A stretch of DNA of 37,705 nt, from positions 1-37,705 of the forward strand of contig CAYQCO010000002.1 in NCBI GenBank assembly GCA_964416085.1. The letters run 5' to 3'. The translations under genes were made by a program, and so were the position numbers. The notes beneath the pieces are model-generated. The model did not search any database, was not told the origin of the DNA, and worked only from the letters and a program-made list of their open reading frames with translations. Source of the stretch: an uncultured Lachnospiraceae bacterium. Its GTDB lineage: Bacteria; Bacillota; Clostridia; Christensenellales; UBA1242. Numbering within the stretch: position 1 is the stretch's first letter; every line of letters starts with the position of its first letter. This document shows positions 25,280 through 35,632 of this stretch, one piece after another.

Positions 25280-27244
25280 ATGAACGAAATTGAAAGAATG
25301 AAAGAGTTGGTAAAAATCTTGAACGAAGCCAACTACAATTATTATTTTTTGGACAAGCCAACAATGGCGGATATTGAGTATGATAGACTTTTGGACGAAC
25401 TTTTTGCGCTAGAAAAATCAAGCGGTGTTGTGCTTGATAATTCTCCAACTCACAAAGTGGGCGGAGACCCAGTGAGTGAGTTTAAAAAAGTCACACACAA
25501 AAACAAGTTTTATAGCCTAGAAAAAAGCCAGTCTTTTGAAGAAATTGTGGATTGGAATGATAGAAATCAAAAAATTCATCCATCTCCATTTGAACTGGTT
25601 TGTGAATACAAATTTGACGGACTTACTGTCGCAATCACTTATGACCAAGGCAAGTTTGTTCGTGCAGTTACTCGTGGCAACGGAACTGTTGGTGAAGATG
25701 TGACCGCACAAGTAAAAACTTTTAAAACCGTTCCGCTAAACATAAAATATCAAGGTTATGTGGAAATTCAAGGCGAGGGGATGATAAGGACAAGTGTTTT
25801 GGAAGAGTTGAACAAAAAACTTGAAATTCCGCTCAAAAATCCTAGAAATGCAGCGTCTGGTGCCATAAGAAATCTTGACCCAAAAGTTACAGCAAGTAGA
25901 CGTCTTGACTATTTTGCATACAATGTAAATTATATCGAAGGCAAAAAGTTTTTGACCCATATTGAAGAAGTGGAGTTTTTGAAAGAAAATGGCTTTTTGG
26001 TGCTGGATTTTCACAGGATTATCAAATCTTGGGATGATGTAAAAAATGTTATTGATGAAGTTGCAAAAAGCAAAAATTCACTAGACTTTATGATTGACGG
26101 ACTTGTGTTTAAAATCAACAATGTGTCTGACAAAGATGCTCTTGGCCACACAGACAGGTTTCCGCGTGGAGCCATTGCCTACAAATTCGAAGCAGAAGAA
26201 ATATCAACAATATTAAAAGATGTCATATGGCAGGTCGGCAGGACTGGCAAGGTTACGCCAATAGCAATTTTGGAGCCTGTTGAACTCGCTGGGGCAACTG
26301 TTTCTCGTGCAACACTCAACAATTTTAATGACATAGCAAGAAAAAATGTGAGCATAAACTCACGTGTTTTTGTTAGACGTAGCAACGAAGTTATTCCAGA
26401 AATAACAGGGCTTGCACAAGAGTTTGACGATAGCGTAGAAATAACAAAACCGTGCAGTTGTCCGTCTTGCAATTATCCTTTGGTGGAAGTGGGCGCCAAC
26501 CTTTTTTGCAAAAATCACAATGGTTGTATTGAGCAAATTGTTGACCGACTTACACATTTTGCATCACGTGATGCAATGAATATTGACGGACTTAGCGAAA
26601 AAACTATTGAGCAGTTGCACAAGGTTTATAACATTGCTTATCCTTATGAATTATATTCTTTGACGGCTGAGCAACTTGCAAAATTGGATGGTTTTAAGGA
26701 CAAAAAAATCAACAATTTGCTAGAAAGTTTACAAAAAAGCAAAAATGTCGATTGGGCAAGTTTTATATTTAGTCTTGGAATTTTGTCTATTGGCAAAAAG
26801 ACTGCATTTGTTTTGAGCAAAAAGTTTTTGAGCCTTGAAGAATTGAAAAATGCCACCCTTGAACAACTTGTGTCAATTCAAGATATTGGCGATATTGTGG
26901 CACAAAATATTGTGGACTATTTTGCCGACATAGACAATATGTTGAATATTAATGAAATGCTAAAAGCAGGTGTGAGTGTTCGCTATCCAAATTATAGCGA
27001 AAGCAATTCACAATTTAAAAACTTAAAAATTGTTTTGACTGGTGCGCTAGAAAATTTTGGAAGAAGTGAACTCACCAAAATTTTGCAAGAAAAAGGCGCA
27101 GATGTAACTTCTAGTGTGAGCAAAAACACAAATTTGGTTATTGCTGGGAGTGATGCGGGGAGCAAACTTGTAAAAGCGCAGGCTCTTGGAGTAAAAATTA
27201 TTGATGAAAAAACTTTGTTAAATATGCTTAATAACGAAAAATAG
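25280..27244 (+). CDS. ligA: NAD-dependent DNA ligase
   Basis: Adenylation motif EYKFDG, Zn-finger CPSC...C...C, HhH repeats, and a C-terminal BRCT (KIVLTGAL...). Confidence 0.96.
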   Translation: MNEIERMKELVKILNEANYNYYFLDKPTMADIEYDRLLDELFALEKSSGVVLDNSPTHKVGGDPVSEFKKVTHKNKFYSLEKSQSFEEIVDWNDRNQKIHPSPFELVCEYKFDGLTVAITYDQGKFVRAVTRGNGTVGEDVTAQVKTFKTVPLNIKYQGYVEIQGEGMIRTSVLEELNKKLEIPLKNPRNAASGAIRNLDPKVTASRRLDYFAYNVNYIEGKKFLTHIEEVEFLKENGFLVLDFHRIIKSWDDVKNVIDEVAKSKNSLDFMIDGLVFKINNVSDKDALGHTDRFPRGAIAYKFEAEEISTILKDVIWQVGRTGKVTPIAILEPVELAGATVSRATLNNFNDIARKNVSINSRVFVRRSNEVIPEITGLAQEFDDSVEITKPCSCPSCNYPLVEVGANLFCKNHNGCIEQIVDRLTHFASRDAMNIDGLSEKTIEQLHKVYNIAYPYELYSLTAEQLAKLDGFKDKKINNLLESLQKSKNVDWASFIFSLGILSIGKKTAFVLSKKFLSLEELKNATLEQLVSIQDIGDIVAQNIVDYFADIDNMLNINEMLKAGVSVRYPNYSESNSQFKNLKIVLTGALENFGRSELTKILQEKGADVTSSVSKNTNLVIAGSDAGSKLVKAQALGVKIIDEKTLLNMLNNEK

Positions 27245-27323
27245 CGAAATTTGTTTGGAAAAATTGACAATATTTGCTATAATATAGTGAATTTTAAAAG
27301 ACAAATTTTTGTCGTGGGGTATT

Positions 27324-30300
27324 ATGATTACTTTTAAACAGATAGAAATGACAGGATTTAAGTCATTTGCTGATCCTACAATAATCAACTTTGATGGGGG
27401 AATTACTGCCATCGTTGGACCAAACGGTTGTGGCAAAAGCAATGTTGCAGATGCTATCCGTTGGGTTTTGGGTGAACAATCTAGCAAATCCTTGCGTGGA
27501 AAAAGTATGCAAGACGTTATTTTTGCTGGAACAGAAAAGAGAAAAAGACTTTCTTATTGTGAAGTAAGTCTTGTTTTTGACAACACAAACAAGTGGTTCA
27601 ACATTGAATATGATGAAGTGGTAATAACCAGAAAACTTTATCGCTCAGGCGAAAGTGAATATCAACTCAACCGCAAGCCTTGTAGACTCAAAGATATTAC
27701 AGACCTATTGTATGATAGTGGTGTGGGCAAGGACGGATATTCAATTATTGGACAAGGAAAAGTTGAAGAGATTATCTCTTCAAAACCAGAAGATAGACGT
27801 TCAATTTTTGAAGAAGCAACAGGAATTGCCAAGTTTAAGGCTAGAAAAGTTGAAAGCGAAAGAAAACTCGAAAAACATAGAGAAAATCTCTCTCGTCTCA
27901 ACGATATTTTGTATGAAGTTGAGCGTAGACTTGGACCATTAAAACGCCAGAGCGAAGATGCCAAAAAATATCTTGAATTAAGAGATACTTTGAAGGATTT
28001 GGAAGTCAATGCCTATATCTATCAATATGAGCACGCAAGCGCCACAAAAGCCGAAATTAATGAAAAGAAAAAAGGCTTTAATGACAACTTGACAATCAAG
28101 CAAAATGAACTTAATTCTATGCAAATCAAATACGACCAAAATATGGAAGAAATCAACAAGATTGACAAGACTGTTTCTGATTTGCACGACAGAGTTTTGA
28201 ATATCACTATCCAAATTGAAAAGAAGCAAGGTGAAAACAACCTTATCAATGAAAGATTGGTGCACATAAAAGACCAACTTGACAGATTAACTGGCGAACT
28301 TAATTCTTTGAAAATGGAATTTAAACAAAGAGCAACTTTGCTTGAAATGGCAAAAGAAAACAAGACAAAAGAAGAAAAGGATTTAAAACTTCTTCACAAC
28401 AAGAGTGAAACATTGTCAACAGCATATTTGCAACTTATTGACACAATCACCAAGAGTGAAGGCGAAAAAGAAGAAAGTCAAAAGGTGTTTATTGACAATA
28501 TGACCAAACTCACAGACATCAAAACAAATATGTCTGCCCTTGTTGCCAAGCGTGATACTTTGAAAGAAAACTTGACACAAGACAAGTTGAAATTGAATGA
28601 ATTGGAGCACGCAAGTGTCGATTTGGAGCAAGCAGTTGTTGAGGCCGAAAACGAACTCAAAACTCAAACTAAACTCAAATCCGAACTTGAAAAATCTCTT
28701 GCTGAAAACAAAGAATTTTTGGCTGAATATAGCGACAAAATTGCAAAACTTAATGAAGAAATGTTTGCTTACAAAACGGCAATCACAAATGACACCAACC
28801 GCAAAAATATTTTGCAAAGTTTGCAAGCAAATTTTGAAGGCTATCAGTTTGCCGTAAAACGTTTATTAAAAGACAGCAGCACCAACAAGGCTCTTAGCAG
28901 TGCAATTATGGGTGTAATTGGCAATGTTATTAGTGTAAAGTCTCAATATCAGACAGCAATCGAAATTTCTCTTGGAACAGGTATTCAAAATATTATTACA
29001 AAAGATGAAGCGGATGCAAAAACACTTATTTCTTACTTAAAGCAATTCAATCTTGGACGAGCAACATTTTTGCCAATCAGTGCAGTAAAACCAAGAAGTT
29101 TGTCTGCGCGCGACAGAGGATTTTTGTCAAGACGTGGTTGCTTGGGAGTTGCTAGTGAACTTATTGATTTTGACAAAAAATTCCAGTCTGTCATTGACAG
29201 TCTGCTTGGCTCAACTGTTATTGTTGACAATCTTGACAATGCGGTCGCAATCGCAAGAGAAAGCGGTTATTCATTCAAAATCGTAACACTTGAAGGGGAT
29301 GTCTTGAATCCACAAGGCTCTATGAGTGGTGGTAGCAAAAAGAATCAAGACAGTTCACTTTTGAGCAAAGAAAACGAAATCAAACAACTAGAAAACAATA
29401 TTGGCAAAAACCAGATTTATTTGAAGTCTCTTGAAAAGGATTATGAAAAATATTCCAACAAAATTGCTGAATTAAAAACAAAAATTGATAGTTTTACAAC
29501 CAAATTGCAAGAAGTCAATGGGGTTGTTGGGTCAAAAATTTCCAATGCCGAATCATTAAAAGACAAATTCAACAATTTGAGTTTGGATATTAGGACACTC
29601 AATTCTCAAATCAATAGTGCAGAGACATTCATCAAAGATTTGCAACAAAAAATTGATAGTGTCGATATGCTTGAAGTTGATATCACAGCAAGTCAAAAGC
29701 AAGTTGATGCGTTTAGCGAAAACTCAAAATCCGCATATGAAGAATTGAAAGCAAAAAGAGAAAAATACAATCAAGAAATGACTGCAATCAAGGTTCAAAT
29801 TGCAAGTAGTGAAGAAAAAATCAATTCTTTGCAAACAGAAATTACCCGCTATGAAGCCGAGCAAGAAAACACGAAAGTTTTGATTGATAGCAAAGAAAAA
29901 GATGTTCAAAATCAAGACACTTTGTATCAAACAGCAATAAATATGCAAAAAGAAGTTGCGCAAGATGAAGAAACTGTTGCTAGCAACAAAGAACTTGAAA
30001 CTTTAAATTTGAAACTCTCTTCATTTGACAAGCACAAGGCAACAATTTTGAGTGAACTAAAAGAAATTGATGACAAAAAGAACTTGCTCAATGAAGAAAT
30101 ATCAAGACTTCAAAACAAGATATTCAATGAAGACAGCAAACTCCAAAAAGTCGATATTGATATAGAAAATATGCAAGAGCGTATTTATGAAGAATATCAA
30201 CTTACATACAATGATTGCTTGCCGTTCAAAAAGTCTGAGTTTGAAATAAAAGAAGGAATGATTGCAATTTCTAGAACCAAAGCACTCATTACATCTCTTG

Positions 30301-30929
30301 GCACTGTCAATGTTCACGCTATTGAAGAATACAAGAGCGAAGGTGCAAGATATGAAGAAATGAGTGGTCAAGTCGAAGATTTGAAACAGGCCGAAAATGA
30401 CCTTATCAAAGTTATTGATGATTTGTCAACCGAAATGCTTACAAAATTTAATGAAGGATTTGTTAGAATTAATGAAAACTTTACAAAAGTGTTTAGAGAA
30501 TTGTTTGGCGGCGGCAATGCAAGGCTTGAAATTTTGCCAAACGAAGACCCACTCGAAGCAGGCATAGAAATCAAGGCACAACCACCAGGCAAAGCAATTA
30601 CAAATATTACTCTACTCAGTGGTGGCGAAAAGACAATGACTGCGATAGCAATTTTGTTTGCAATTTTGAAGTTGAAGCCAATGCCTTTCTGTTTCCTAGA
30701 CGAAATTGAGGCAGCGCTAGACGATGCAAATATTGAAAGATACGCAAAATATCTCCAAAGATTTTCACTAGAAACACAATTTATTGTTATTACACACAGA
30801 AAACCTACTATGGAACTTGCTGATGCGTTGTTTGGTGTAACAATGGAAGAAAAAGGCGTGTCAAAGATTGTGTCAGTTAAACTTAGCGATGCAGTCAAAG
30901 TTGTAGAAGACAACGAAAAACAAGAATAA
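27324..30929 (+). CDS. smc: Chromosome partition protein Smc
   Basis: N-terminal GFKSF...GPNGCGKSN Walker A, long coiled coils, a hinge region (GVIGNVISV...), and C-terminal LSGGEK signature plus FCFLDEIEAALD Walker B. Start set to the ATG at 27324 (MITFKQIEMTGFKSF). Confidence 0.95.
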   Translation: MITFKQIEMTGFKSFADPTIINFDGGITAIVGPNGCGKSNVADAIRWVLGEQSSKSLRGKSMQDVIFAGTEKRKRLSYCEVSLVFDNTNKWFNIEYDEVVITRKLYRSGESEYQLNRKPCRLKDITDLLYDSGVGKDGYSIIGQGKVEEIISSKPEDRRSIFEEATGIAKFKARKVESERKLEKHRENLSRLNDILYEVERRLGPLKRQSEDAKKYLELRDTLKDLEVNAYIYQYEHASATKAEINEKKKGFNDNLTIKQNELNSMQIKYDQNMEEINKIDKTVSDLHDRVLNITIQIEKKQGENNLINERLVHIKDQLDRLTGELNSLKMEFKQRATLLEMAKENKTKEEKDLKLLHNKSETLSTAYLQLIDTITKSEGEKEESQKVFIDNMTKLTDIKTNMSALVAKRDTLKENLTQDKLKLNELEHASVDLEQAVVEAENELKTQTKLKSELEKSLAENKEFLAEYSDKIAKLNEEMFAYKTAITNDTNRKNILQSLQANFEGYQFAVKRLLKDSSTNKALSSAIMGVIGNVISVKSQYQTAIEISLGTGIQNIITKDEADAKTLISYLKQFNLGRATFLPISAVKPRSLSARDRGFLSRRGCLGVASELIDFDKKFQSVIDSLLGSTVIVDNLDNAVAIARESGYSFKIVTLEGDVLNPQGSMSGGSKKNQDSSLLSKENEIKQLENNIGKNQIYLKSLEKDYEKYSNKIAELKTKIDSFTTKLQEVNGVVGSKISNAESLKDKFNNLSLDIRTLNSQINSAETFIKDLQQKIDSVDMLEVDITASQKQVDAFSENSKSAYEELKAKREKYNQEMTAIKVQIASSEEKINSLQTEITRYEAEQENTKVLIDSKEKDVQNQDTLYQTAINMQKEVAQDEETVASNKELETLNLKLSSFDKHKATILSELKEIDDKKNLLNEEISRLQNKIFNEDSKLQKVDIDIENMQERIYEEYQLTYNDCLPFKKSEFEIKEGMIAISRTKALITSLGTVNVHAIEEYKSEGARYEEMSGQVEDLKQAENDLIKVIDDLSTEMLTKFNEGFVRINENFTKVFRELFGGGNARLEILPNEDPLEAGIEIKAQPPGKAITNITLLSGGEKTMTAIAILFAILKLKPMPFCFLDEIEAALDDANIERYAKYLQRFSLETQFIVITHRKPTMELADALFGVTMEEKGVSKIVSVKLSDAVKVVEDNEKQE

Positions 30930-30957
30930 TTATTCAAATTTTTGAGATACTAAAACT

Positions 30958-31542
30958 ATGTTTTGGTATCTTTTTTTTGCACTGATTGCAATTTTTTTGT
31001 TTTTGCCATTCAACACAAGGGTGAGTTTAAAACTCAATGTCCTAAATTTGTCTGGCGAGTTGTGTATCAAGATTTTTGCAATAAAAATTATAAAATTGAA
31101 GATAAAAATCAAGGGAAATTATATTTACATCACCAAAAAAGGAATAACTTACAAAGAAAAACTAACCGCAAACAATGTTGATGTGATTTTTGGAATAAAG
31201 TTTGTCATCAATTTGTATTTTAGACTAAAACTAAACGAAATTTTTGAGGCAGGGCAGTATGGGATAAAGGACAATGCTCTATCAACATCAATTTTGTGTT
31301 CAAGTTTTGATTTGCTGATAAAAAGCGTGCTTGCAAAAATCAAAAATAATAAAAAACTCTCACATATTTTTATAATTAATGGTGCAAAATATAACGAAGA
31401 TTGCTTAAACTTTAAATTGGAATGCGATTTCAATATTAATATTGTAGATATTCTTTATTCTTTTGTGTTAAGCAAATTGTCGTCAAAAGGAGTTAAGTAT
31501 GAAAGAACTAGACAAAGAGAACAAGGTGAAGAGCATAATTGA
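30958..31542 (+). CDS. DUF2953/YtfI-like membrane-anchored protein
   Basis: 194 aa with an N-terminal TM helix, then a Lys/Ile-rich repetitive beta-like region. Lies immediately upstream of a YtfJ/GerW-like gene and overlaps it by 44 nt, as in the ytfI-ytfJ pairs of spore formers. Assignment rests on context and general resemblance. Confidence 0.5.
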   Translation: MFWYLFFALIAIFLFLPFNTRVSLKLNVLNLSGELCIKIFAIKIIKLKIKIKGNYIYITKKGITYKEKLTANNVDVIFGIKFVINLYFRLKLNEIFEAGQYGIKDNALSTSILCSSFDLLIKSVLAKIKNNKKLSHIFIINGAKYNEDCLNFKLECDFNINIVDILYSFVLSKLSSKGVKYERTRQREQGEEHN

Positions 31543-31879
31543 TGTCGCTCTTGACAAAATTAGGAGTATGGTGGATGTCAACTGTGTTGTTGGCGACAGT
31601 CTGACTTTGCCAGACAACAGCATTATTATTCCAGTCACAAAAGTTAGTGTTGGATTTGTTGCTGGCGGTGGCGAATATTCAGACCTAAATGCCAAAAGAA
31701 ATAGCGCAGATTTTCCGCTCGCAGGTGGCACAGGTGGGGGATACACTGTCAATCCTATTGGATTTTTTGTCTTGAAAGACGACAAATTTAAACTTGTCCA
31801 CGCAGACAAATCTTCTGCATATTTGTCACTTCTAAAAACTATTGCAGAAATGCTAAAAAATATGAAAAAGGAAAAATAA
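31499..31879 (+). CDS. ytfJ: GerW/YtfJ-family sporulation protein
   Basis: 126 aa. IDVNCVVGDSLTLPDNSIIIPVTKVSVGFVAGGGEYS and PLAGGTGGGYTVNPIGFFVL match the YtfJ/GerW pattern. AAGGAG RBS. Confidence 0.8.
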   Translation: MKELDKENKVKSIIDVALDKIRSMVDVNCVVGDSLTLPDNSIIIPVTKVSVGFVAGGGEYSDLNAKRNSADFPLAGGTGGGYTVNPIGFFVLKDDKFKLVHADKSSAYLSLLKTIAEMLKNMKKEK

Positions 31880-31880
31880 T

Positions 31881-33050
31881 ATGAAAAAAAAATTATGGTT
31901 TTGTTATTTGATTGTATGTGCGTTGATTTTTTCCAACATCTGTATATTGTGTAATACGCAACCAAGATACACAATATATGGGCAAAGTTATGCAAGGCAA
32001 AACTACAAGGCAATGTGTGTTATGGAAAAGAACACGCGAAAAGTCCTGTATTCTTTTGACGAAAACAAATGTCTTGCCAATGCGTCAACTACAAAAATTG
32101 TGACTGCAATAACTGCTATTCAAAACTGTGACAATTTACAAGAAGAAATTGTCGTTGACAATATGTCAGTGGGAGTTGAGGGCACATCAATTTATCTTAG
32201 ACAAGGCGAAAAGTTGAAAGTAATTGATTTGCTCTATGGGCTTATGCTTAGAAGCGGCAATGACAGTGCAGTGGCACTTGCCTGCCACGTAGGTGGAAGT
32301 TATGAAAATTTTATTGAACTAATGAACAAAACCGCCCAACTTGCTGGGGCAAAAAATAGCCATTTTGCCAATCCGCACGGGCTTGATGACCCCAATCATT
32401 ACACGACTGCTTATGACTTGGCGATGATCACTTGCTATGCTCTTCAAAACCCTATTTTTAAGCAAATTGTGTCAACTAAGCAATACAAAATTGAGGCGAC
32501 AAACAAAAGTGATGTCAGATATCTCAACAACAAAAACAAACTTTTGGCTTCCCTAGACGGTTGCACTGGTGTAAAAACTGGTTTTACGTCAAAGGCTGGT
32601 CGATGTCTTGTTTCATCTTGTGAACGTGGTGGAATGGAAGTTGTTTGTGTGGTTTTGAATTGTGGCCCTATGTTTGAAGTGAGCAAAGATTTATTGAACA
32701 ACTCTTTTGTTGATTACACTTATGCTTGTGTGGTTGACAAAGACAAACCAATATACAACGAATATTATCTAAACGACACCAAAGGACAATTAAATTTGAT
32801 GGCTGACGAAAGTTTTTATTTGCCAATTAGCAATCTAAAAGATGAAGATATAACTATCAAATACAGATTAAATGAATTTTCTGGTGACGTCAATGAAGGG
32901 GAAGAAATAGGAGAAATTCAAGTATTTGTCGACAAACACTTGCAAAAAACCATAAAATTGTATACAATAAATAAAATTGATGTGTTGGAAAATGCTGACG
33001 CATTAAAATCTATACAATTACAATGGGAAGAAAAATATGAGATTAAATAA
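31881..33050 (+). CDS. dacB: D-alanyl-D-alanine carboxypeptidase (PBP5 family)
   Basis: Signal/anchor N-terminus. Active-site motifs SxxK (ASTTK), SxN (SGND) and KTG (VKTGFT). The position upstream of rluB parallels the Bacillus dacB region. The symbol is context-based. Confidence 0.8.
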   Translation: MKKKLWFCYLIVCALIFSNICILCNTQPRYTIYGQSYARQNYKAMCVMEKNTRKVLYSFDENKCLANASTTKIVTAITAIQNCDNLQEEIVVDNMSVGVEGTSIYLRQGEKLKVIDLLYGLMLRSGNDSAVALACHVGGSYENFIELMNKTAQLAGAKNSHFANPHGLDDPNHYTTAYDLAMITCYALQNPIFKQIVSTKQYKIEATNKSDVRYLNNKNKLLASLDGCTGVKTGFTSKAGRCLVSSCERGGMEVVCVVLNCGPMFEVSKDLLNNSFVDYTYACVVDKDKPIYNEYYLNDTKGQLNLMADESFYLPISNLKDEDITIKYRLNEFSGDVNEGEEIGEIQVFVDKHLQKTIKLYTINKIDVLENADALKSIQLQWEEKYEIK

Positions 33051-33762
33051 ATTTTTGGCACAAAGTGGTGTCGCTTCCAGAAGAAAATGCGATGAACTGA
33101 TTTTGGAAGGCAAGGTAAAAATCAATGGCAAAGTGGTAAAAGAACTTGGCGTTGACGTCAACACTCAAAATGATAGTGTGTATTTTGACGGCAGGAGAGT
33201 GAAGCCTGTTGCTACCAATGTGTATTTTAAGTTGCACAAACCAAAAGGCTATGTCACAACTGCCAGTGACGACAAGGACAGAAAAACTGTTTTGTCTCTA
33301 ATGCGCAATGTTCAATATAGAATTTTTCCTATCGGAAGACTTGACTATGACACAGAAGGCTTGTTGCTTCTCACCAATGACGGCGAGTTGACAAATATTC
33401 TTACTCATCCAAAAAATAGTGTTGCAAAGACTTATGTCGCAAACATTGAAGGGGTAGTGACTGATGAAGAAATCAAACAACTTTCTAGTGGTGTTGATAT
33501 TGGCGGATATGTGACAAAACCTTGTTCTGTAATTCTTCTTGACAGAGATGACAAGTCAACCAAACTAGAAATTTCTATCACAGAAGGCAAAAATAGGCAA
33601 GTCAAAAAAATGATTGAGGCCGTAGGCAAAAATGTTGCATTCTTAAAGCGAGTATCTATTGGAGAAATCCGTCTTGGCGGGCTTGCTAGGGGAGAATATA
33701 AAGAACTCAACAAAAAAGAGATGCAATATATCAACAAATTGAAAAATAGCAAATTGAACTAA
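33037..33762 (+). CDS. rluB: rRNA pseudouridine synthase, RsuA/RluB family
   Basis: N-terminal S4 domain (MRLNKFLAQSGVASRRKCDELI), catalytic motif GRLDYDTEGLLLLTNDG, and NRQVKKM. Confidence 0.87.
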   Translation: MRLNKFLAQSGVASRRKCDELILEGKVKINGKVVKELGVDVNTQNDSVYFDGRRVKPVATNVYFKLHKPKGYVTTASDDKDRKTVLSLMRNVQYRIFPIGRLDYDTEGLLLLTNDGELTNILTHPKNSVAKTYVANIEGVVTDEEIKQLSSGVDIGGYVTKPCSVILLDRDDKSTKLEISITEGKNRQVKKMIEAVGKNVAFLKRVSIGEIRLGGLARGEYKELNKKEMQYINKLKNSKLN

Positions 33763-33777
33763 TTTGCTAATTTTTTA
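33748..33777 (+). terminator. Possible weak terminator overlapping the rluB stop
   Basis: Stem AGCAAATT / AATTTGCT, loop GAACT, followed by AATTTTTT. Confidence 0.35.
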
Positions 33778-33791
33778 TATAAGGAGTAATT

Positions 33792-35021
33792 ATGATTTAT
33801 GATGTGGTGACTATTGGCGCTGGTGCTGCTGGATGTATGGCAAGTGTGGTTGCAAGCAGAAATGGCGCAAAAGTTTTGATGCTAGAAAAAAATGAAAAAA
33901 TTGGCAAAAAGTTGTATATCACTGGCAAAGGTAGATGCAATTTGACCAACAATTGTGATGTGGACGAGTTTTTAAGTAATGTTGTCAATGGCAGACAATT
34001 TTTGAATGGTGCCATAAGAAAATTCACCCCACAAAATACTATGAATTTTTTTGAATGTGAAGGCTTGAAACTAAAAACTGAAAGGGGCAATCGTGTTTTT
34101 CCGCTTAGCGACAAGTCAAGTGATGTGATAAAAGTTTTTGAAAATCTTGTAAAAGAAAATGATATAGAAATAAAATTCAATACGGCTGTAAAAGATGTCA
34201 CATATTCAAACAACCTATACTATATAAAGTGTAGTAATGGTGAAACCTACACAACATATAATGTTGTTCTTGCAACTGGTGGCAAGAGTTATACTGCTAC
34301 TGGAAGTGACGGATTTGGATATACTATTGCCAAAAAATTTGGACACAAAATCAATGACCTTAGGCCAAGTTTAATCCCAATAATTTTGAACGATGATGTA
34401 AAAGAACTCGAAGGTTTATCGCTAAAAAATGTCGAGTGCAAAATTGATGTTGGTGGCAAAAAGTTTAAAGAATTTGGCGAAATGCTGTTTACAAATGAGG
34501 GGGTTAGTGGACCAATAATTCTTACTTTGTCGGCATATATAAACAAATTTGATTTGACTGGGACTAAAATGTATATTGATTTTAAGCCAGCACTTGATGA
34601 AGAATTTTTGGACCAAAAATTGATTAATGAATTCAATCAAAATTCCAACAAAAATTTGTCCACTTATTTAAAAACACTTTTGCCAATGAGTTTTGTGCCA
34701 TATTTTATCAAAAAATCGCAAATTTTTGACAAAAAACTTTCGCAAATCAACAAACTTGAACGAAAAATTGTTCTTTCCTTATTGAAAAGATTTGACTTTT
34801 CTATAAAAATGTTGGATAATATCAACAAAGCGATTGTGACTAGCGGTGGTGTTGACCTAAAAGAAATCAATCCAAAGACAATGGAAAGCAAACTAAGTAA
34901 GGGATTGTATTTTGTCGGTGAAGTGCTTGATATTGATGCACTCACTGGCGGATTTAATCTTCAAATTGCTTTCTCAACTGGTTTTGTCGCTGGAAACAAT
35001 ATTGTTATGGAGAATTTATGA
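33792..35021 (+). CDS. HI0933/YhiN/BaiN-family FAD-dependent oxidoreductase
   Basis: Dinucleotide-binding YDVVTIGAGAAGCMAS, GKKLYITGKGRCNLTN, and C-terminal LYFVGEVLDIDALTGGFNLQ motifs typical of this family. Confidence 0.85.
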   Translation: MIYDVVTIGAGAAGCMASVVASRNGAKVLMLEKNEKIGKKLYITGKGRCNLTNNCDVDEFLSNVVNGRQFLNGAIRKFTPQNTMNFFECEGLKLKTERGNRVFPLSDKSSDVIKVFENLVKENDIEIKFNTAVKDVTYSNNLYYIKCSNGETYTTYNVVLATGGKSYTATGSDGFGYTIAKKFGHKINDLRPSLIPIILNDDVKELEGLSLKNVECKIDVGGKKFKEFGEMLFTNEGVSGPIILTLSAYINKFDLTGTKMYIDFKPALDEEFLDQKLINEFNQNSNKNLSTYLKTLLPMSFVPYFIKKSQIFDKKLSQINKLERKIVLSLLKRFDFSIKMLDNINKAIVTSGGVDLKEINPKTMESKLSKGLYFVGEVLDIDALTGGFNLQIAFSTGFVAGNNIVMENL

Positions 35022-35632
35022 TATTTTGGATATGTTTTTGCTTAATATTTTTGCCTGTTGTTATTCTTTTTCCAACCAAAGTGGTTGGCAAGAAGAATTT
35101 GCCAAAACAAAAAAAGCAAAATGTCATTCTTTGTTGCAATCACACAAGCAATCTTGATGGACCAATTCTTGATATAAGGTTGAAAAGAAAATTTTATTAT
35201 CTTTGCAAAATTGAGTTGTTCAAAAATAAGTTCATAGGCTTTTTTATGAAGAAGTTTGGTTGCATCCCTATTGATAGGGGCAGTGTAGATATTGCGGCAA
35301 TCAAAACAACATTGAAAACTTTGAACAGTGGCAAAAGTGTTGGAATTTTCCCACAAGGAACAAGGGGTGAAGAAGGAAAAATTGACGAAAATACAGTGAA
35401 AGACGGTGTTGCAATGTTTTCACTTCGCACAGGTGTCCCTGTTTTGCCAATGGTGATTGTAAAAAAGCCAAAAGTTTTTAGAAAAAATATGATTGTGGTG
35501 GGGGAACTGATTTTTCCAGACAAAGAAAGAGCAAAAGACAAAGAATACAAAGATGAATTTACAAAGCAAATTGTCACCAAACTTAATGAATTGCTTGACG
35601 AAGGAGAAAAGAAATTATGCAAGAAAAAATGA
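35018..35632 (+). CDS. plsC: 1-acyl-sn-glycerol-3-phosphate acyltransferase
   Basis: N-terminal TM segment, HxxxxD motif (NHTSNLD) and FPQGTR motif. Start overlaps the upstream stop (ATGA). Confidence 0.85.
   Translation: MIFWICFCLIFLPVVILFPTKVVGKKNLPKQKKQNVILCCNHTSNLDGPILDIRLKRKFYYLCKIELFKNKFIGFFMKKFGCIPIDRGSVDIAAIKTTLKTLNSGKSVGIFPQGTRGEEGKIDENTVKDGVAMFSLRTGVPVLPMVIVKKPKVFRKNMIVVGELIFPDKERAKDKEYKDEFTKQIVTKLNELLDEGEKKLCKKK

Noticed and set aside
27264-27283. TTGACA followed by TATAAT upstream of smc
   Set aside because: The spacer is only 8 nt, so it is not a canonical -35/-10 pair. At most the TGcTATAAT could act as an extended -10. That is too uncertain to list as a feature.
30368-30937. 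189-aa minus-strand ORF at the 3' end of smc, and other antisense ORFs within smc (27662-28826, 29724-30371)
   Set aside because: They are antisense to the Smc ABC-ATPase tail and coiled coil. They are Ser/Ile/Phe-rich with low complexity, no translation signals, and full overlap with a strong CDS.
31483-32013. 176-aa minus-strand ORF overlapping ytfJ and the dacB start
   Set aside because: It is antisense to two recognisable genes that have good RBSs. Its composition is typical of an AT-rich antisense frame.
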